From Candidatus Aegiribacteria sp. (GTDB lineage: Bacteria; Fermentibacterota; Fermentibacteria; Fermentibacterales; JCC-6): a stretch of DNA of 64,000 nt. This document shows positions 60,649-64,000 of the stretch, one piece after another. The notes beneath the pieces are model-generated. The model worked only from the letters and a program-made list of their open reading frames with translations, was not told the DNA's origin and did no database searches. A program made the position numbers and the translations under genes. The first letter of the stretch is position 1; the number at the start of each line of letters is the position of its first letter. The DNA is taken from assembly GCA_030620995.1 (NCBI GenBank), contig JAUXIK010000004.1, positions 18,447 to 82,446 on the forward strand, in the 5' to 3' direction.

Positions 60649-62013
60649 TTATTTACTCTTCTTTTCTTCGGGTTGCTCCAGGTTGAAGTCTATGCCGAAT
60701 TGTTTGATTGAACATTCGGGGCAGATCCCGTGAGTGAACTGTGCGTCGGAGTGTTCGGAGATATAGAACTCTATCTGCTTCCAGTAACCGTCATCATCCC
60801 TGACTTTCTTACAGCTCGCGCAGATGGGAAGCAGGCCCTGGAGTTTCTTCACATGCGCCAGGGCATCACGAAGCTGATCGTTTTTCCTGGAAAGCTCCAG
60901 GTTCTTCAGGCGGCAGATCTCGGCTTCCTTCTCCTTCTTCTCGGTCTCGAACTGCACCTGAAGCCCCGCTACCTTATCCATGCTCTTCTCGTTCAGATAC
61001 TCTTCCAGGCATATTTTCAGTTCCCGGAAGTACACCACCACCTGCTGCAGATCCCCTTTTGCCTCGTACAGATCCGTTATGTTCTCCAGACAGAGGATTT
61101 CACAGTCCTTTATCTTAAGCTTTCTTGTTATCGAAAGGCCTCTGCTGATAAGCTCTTCAGCTTCATCGAGACGTCCAAGGATGATATGTAACCCGCCTAA
61201 ACAATTGCATGTGTAAGCAATTCCTCTTTTGTTGCCGATCTCCTCAAACTGTTCAAGGCTCCTTGTGAAGAAGTCCAGAGCCGATATGTTATCGCCTAGG
61301 TTTTGCTGCAGACTCCCAAGGTTGCACAGAGTACTCGCGATACCTTTTTTATCCCCCAGGTCTTCCCTTATATCAAGAGCTTTCTGGAAGTACTCCTGTG
61401 CTTTGTCCAGCTCTTCCTTTTTTCCGTATACAGAACCCATGTTGTTGTAGATGTATGCCAGTTTCGCGCGGTTCCCGGACTCCTCCCATATCTTCCGTGA
61501 ATATTCATAGGATGACTGCGCCAGATCAAGGCGAAGCAGACTGCTGTAGCATGCGCCTATATTCAGGTAGCAAAGGGCAAGTTCATCTTTACCTGCGCCA
61601 CATTCCTGTTTCCGTCTGAGAGATTCGTGGTAGTGTTCAAGAGCCTTGTCAATCATACCCTGAGACCTGTAGCTGGAGGCCATGATGCCGTGAACGGATG
61701 CCATGCCGTTCTTATCTTCGAGTTTCTCAGAGATCTCCATGGATTTCCGGCAATACGACATTGCCTCAGCGAAGTTCCCCGCCTCCTGATTGACCGTTCC
61801 AAGCATATTGCAGCTCCTGGCCTGCTCGACAGGAAACCCCAGTTCTCCAGCCAGATCATGTGCTTCCAGAGCATAAGCTTCCGATTTGCGGGGATCTGAA
61901 TGAATCTCACTAAGAGCAATTTTGTTCAGCAGGGATACAAGTTCCGAACCGGGAGGTTCAAGTCTGAGTTTTTCGAGTTCCTTCTCCAGCGCTATGATTT
62001 CCTCATTCGGCAT
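60649..62013 (-). CDS. TPR-repeat protein with a coiled coil and a C-terminal Cys4 module (CASCKKVRDDDGYW...HGICPEC)
   Basis: Multiple TPR-like repeats, then ICASCKK...FTHGICPECS. Confidence 0.55.
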   Translation of the reverse strand: MPNEEIIALEKELEKLRLEPPGSELVSLLNKIALSEIHSDPRKSEAYALEAHDLAGELGFPVEQARSCNMLGTVNQEAGNFAEAMSYCRKSMEISEKLEDKNGMASVHGIMASSYRSQGMIDKALEHYHESLRRKQECGAGKDELALCYLNIGACYSSLLRLDLAQSSYEYSRKIWEESGNRAKLAYIYNNMGSVYGKKEELDKAQEYFQKALDIREDLGDKKGIASTLCNLGSLQQNLGDNISALDFFTRSLEQFEEIGNKRGIAYTCNCLGGLHIILGRLDEAEELISRGLSITRKLKIKDCEILCLENITDLYEAKGDLQQVVVYFRELKICLEEYLNEKSMDKVAGLQVQFETEKKEKEAEICRLKNLELSRKNDQLRDALAHVKKLQGLLPICASCKKVRDDDGYWKQIEFYISEHSDAQFTHGICPECSIKQFGIDFNLEQPEEKKSK

Positions 62014-62270
62014 GCAGCGTACTCCAGACTAAACCCCTTTCAAAAAGAATATTAATTTCTATATTCTTTCACTCATTAGCATAATATTCATTCATGTGAC
62101 TGGTGTCAATAAACTGAAGCAGCAAGATTGGCGTTGCATGTCCCCACACATATTTACATCAAACGATTCAGAAAGAATAATAAGTAAATCAGAAAGCATT
62201 CAAAGGGCTAGTAAGTACTTGATAATATACCTTAATCTGTTATGATATAACATTATGGAAGGGGTATACA

Positions 62271-62495
62271 ATGTTGCTGGCACATAAGATTGAGCTACGC
62301 CCAACTCCTGAGCAGATCATCCTTTCCATCTACGACCTCTCCGGAAGAAAAGTCCTTATAGCCGCTCAGGAAGTAATGAGAGAGGGAATGAACCGGATAA
62401 CCGTCGATACATCAACGCTTGCCTCAGGAATGTACTTCGCGAGGCTGACAGCCGGAGACATCTCGGCAACAACGCGGATGGTAGTAACAAGATAG
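62271..62495 (+). pseudogene. Orphan T9SS C-terminal sorting domain (74-aa remnant of a truncated cargo gene)
   Basis: LSIYDLSGRKV...LASGMYFARL...TRMVVTR is a T9SS C-terminal domain with no cargo domain. A REP family 2 remnant (GCATGTCCCC at about 62135) lies upstream. Confidence 0.45.
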
Positions 62496-62535
62496 AGGAA
62501 AATGTCACCTTGAAAACTCAGATGTAAGGATCACG

Positions 62536-63999
62536 ATGAAACTCTGGATATTACTCTTTGTATTTACTTTCTTCACAGTTGGCCTGGCCACCGATATAGA
62601 TCAGGCAATGGTAAAGATATACACGAACAGCATGGCCTGGAGCTATTACATTCCCTGGATCACCGAAGCTCTCAGGGAAAGCTCAGGTTCCGGTTGTGTA
62701 GTTGACGGGAACATGATACTGACCAACGCCCATGTTGTAAGTAATGAGACTTACCTGCAGGTGCGGAAAGAGGGTGATCCCAGGAAGTATCAGGCATCTG
62801 TGGTGGCGGTGTCCCACGATTCCGACCTGGCGCTGATAACGGTGAAAGATGAATCTTTCTTCCAGGGCATAGATCCTCTGGAACTGGGAGAGCTTCCCCG
62901 CCCCAGGGAACAGGTTACGGTCTATGGTTACCCCATGGGCGGAGATGCCCTCAGTACCACTCAGGGAGTTATTTCCAGGATTGAGAGTTCTTTCTACGTT
63001 CATAGCGGTCTTTCTCTGCTTACTGTACAGATTGACGCGGCGATCAATCCGGGGAACAGCGGCGGACCAGCCATCATTGACAGCAGGATCGTCGGCGTTG
63101 CCATGCAGACAATCTCTCAGGCAGACAACATAGGGTATGTGATACCGGTTCCTGTGATCAAACACTTTTTTGAGGATCTGGAGGATGGGAGCTACGACGG
63201 GTTCCCCAGCGCCGGATTCAGCTATCAGGTTATTCGTAATGAGGCTTTCACCGAAATGTTCGGAATTGAAAAAGAGCAGGCCGGAGTGATGGTTACCAAT
63301 ATTGCCTATGGCTCACCGGCGGCGGAGGTGCTGGAACCGGGCGATGTAATAATGGAGATAGACGGCAGATCAATCGCAGGGGACGGCACTGTGGAATTCA
63401 GATCCGGCAGCCGTACCAAACTTGACTATATGGTACACCGACGGCAGATAGGTGAGGTTATTCCCCTTGAGATAATCAGAGATGGTATCTCGGCGACGGT
63501 TGAGATGACACTCAACACCACGCTTCACGATCTTACGATTGTCTCCAGCAAGATATATGACACCCCGCCGGAGTACTTCATCTTCGGGGGAGCGGTGTTC
63601 ATGCCCCTTACGCTTAACTATCTGGAAGAATGGGGCAGTGACTGGCGTATGTACGTCTATGAGTACTTCACCTACCCATTTTTTTTCAACAACTGGCGCA
63701 CAGAAGACACGGAAGAAATAGTTATCCATACTTACATGCTCCCCGCCGAGGTGAACACCGGTTACGAAAACATCGCTAACGAGATAATCAGAATGGTGGA
63801 CGGCACCCCGGTAAGAAGTTTCTCCCAGTTCGTCGAATTGGTTGAAAGCAGCACAGGTCAATTCCTTGAGCTGACCACCAATCTGGGCAACATCATTGTT
63901 CTGGACAGGGAAGAAGCCTTTGCTGTCAATGACGAAATACTTGACCGTTATGGCATCCCGGAGGACAGAGTGGTATTCCAGGAGCCTGTCCGACAATGA
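62536..63999 (+). CDS. Secreted trypsin-like serine protease (S1C/DegP-like) with a PDZ domain
   Basis: Signal peptide and a catalytic triad context (TNAHVV, DLALI, GNSGGP); PDZ-like middle region. Confidence 0.8.
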   Translation: MKLWILLFVFTFFTVGLATDIDQAMVKIYTNSMAWSYYIPWITEALRESSGSGCVVDGNMILTNAHVVSNETYLQVRKEGDPRKYQASVVAVSHDSDLALITVKDESFFQGIDPLELGELPRPREQVTVYGYPMGGDALSTTQGVISRIESSFYVHSGLSLLTVQIDAAINPGNSGGPAIIDSRIVGVAMQTISQADNIGYVIPVPVIKHFFEDLEDGSYDGFPSAGFSYQVIRNEAFTEMFGIEKEQAGVMVTNIAYGSPAAEVLEPGDVIMEIDGRSIAGDGTVEFRSGSRTKLDYMVHRRQIGEVIPLEIIRDGISATVEMTLNTTLHDLTIVSSKIYDTPPEYFIFGGAVFMPLTLNYLEEWGSDWRMYVYEYFTYPFFFNNWRTEDTEEIVIHTYMLPAEVNTGYENIANEIIRMVDGTPVRSFSQFVELVESSTGQFLELTTNLGNIIVLDREEAFAVNDEILDRYGIPEDRVVFQEPVRQ

Positions 64000-64000
64000 A

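Noticed and set aside
63370-63996. 208-aa minus-strand ORF at the right edge
   Set aside because: It is antisense to the serine protease gene, which has a clear catalytic triad.

Overview
This is a bacterial chromosomal window of roughly 50% GC with about 55 genes, read by eye from the sequence and the ORF track, with no searches run. Housekeeping blocks are clear: wecB-rpiB-ptb, lat plus a class II aldolase, aspS, buk translationally coupled to an acyl-CoA mutase large subunit, the holB-ricT(yaaT)-metG block, metK, dnaK-grpE-dnaJ, uvrA, valS, a hybrid sensor kinase and comEB. Several secreted proteins end in Type IX secretion (T9SS) C-terminal sorting domains, so the source is probably a T9SS-bearing FCB-group (Bacteroidota-like) diderm. 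Interspersed are accessory features. (1) A REP-associated tyrosine transposase (RAYT) gene bracketed by perfect 29-bp inverted repeats, a related REPIN-like doublet elsewhere, and a second 30-bp REP family present as doublets at three loci. (2) A by-eye AT-rich islet (23.4-27.8 kb) bounded by 41-bp direct repeats, encoding a 942-aa T9SS cargo protein with an M23-like N-terminal domain plus a beta-propeller protein. (3) The most unusual region, 52.4-60.5 kb: a candidate extracellular DNA capture and processing module, made of a ComEA helix-hairpin-helix domain fused to a putative outer-membrane barrel, a second secreted beta-rich protein, the dCMP deaminase ComEB, a T9SS-secreted MBL-fold hydrolase and a lamin-tail-domain (LTD) protein. 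This module is interrupted by a DUF4143 AAA+ ATPase with a tandemly duplicated promoter and a MazEF-like toxin-antitoxin pair. Other points of interest are a 1026-aa degenerate-GGDEF protein with an intact I-site, a structured metK leader with an intrinsic terminator, and an orphan T9SS C-terminal-domain fragment next to a REP remnant. No rRNA, tRNA or CRISPR array was recognisable by eye.
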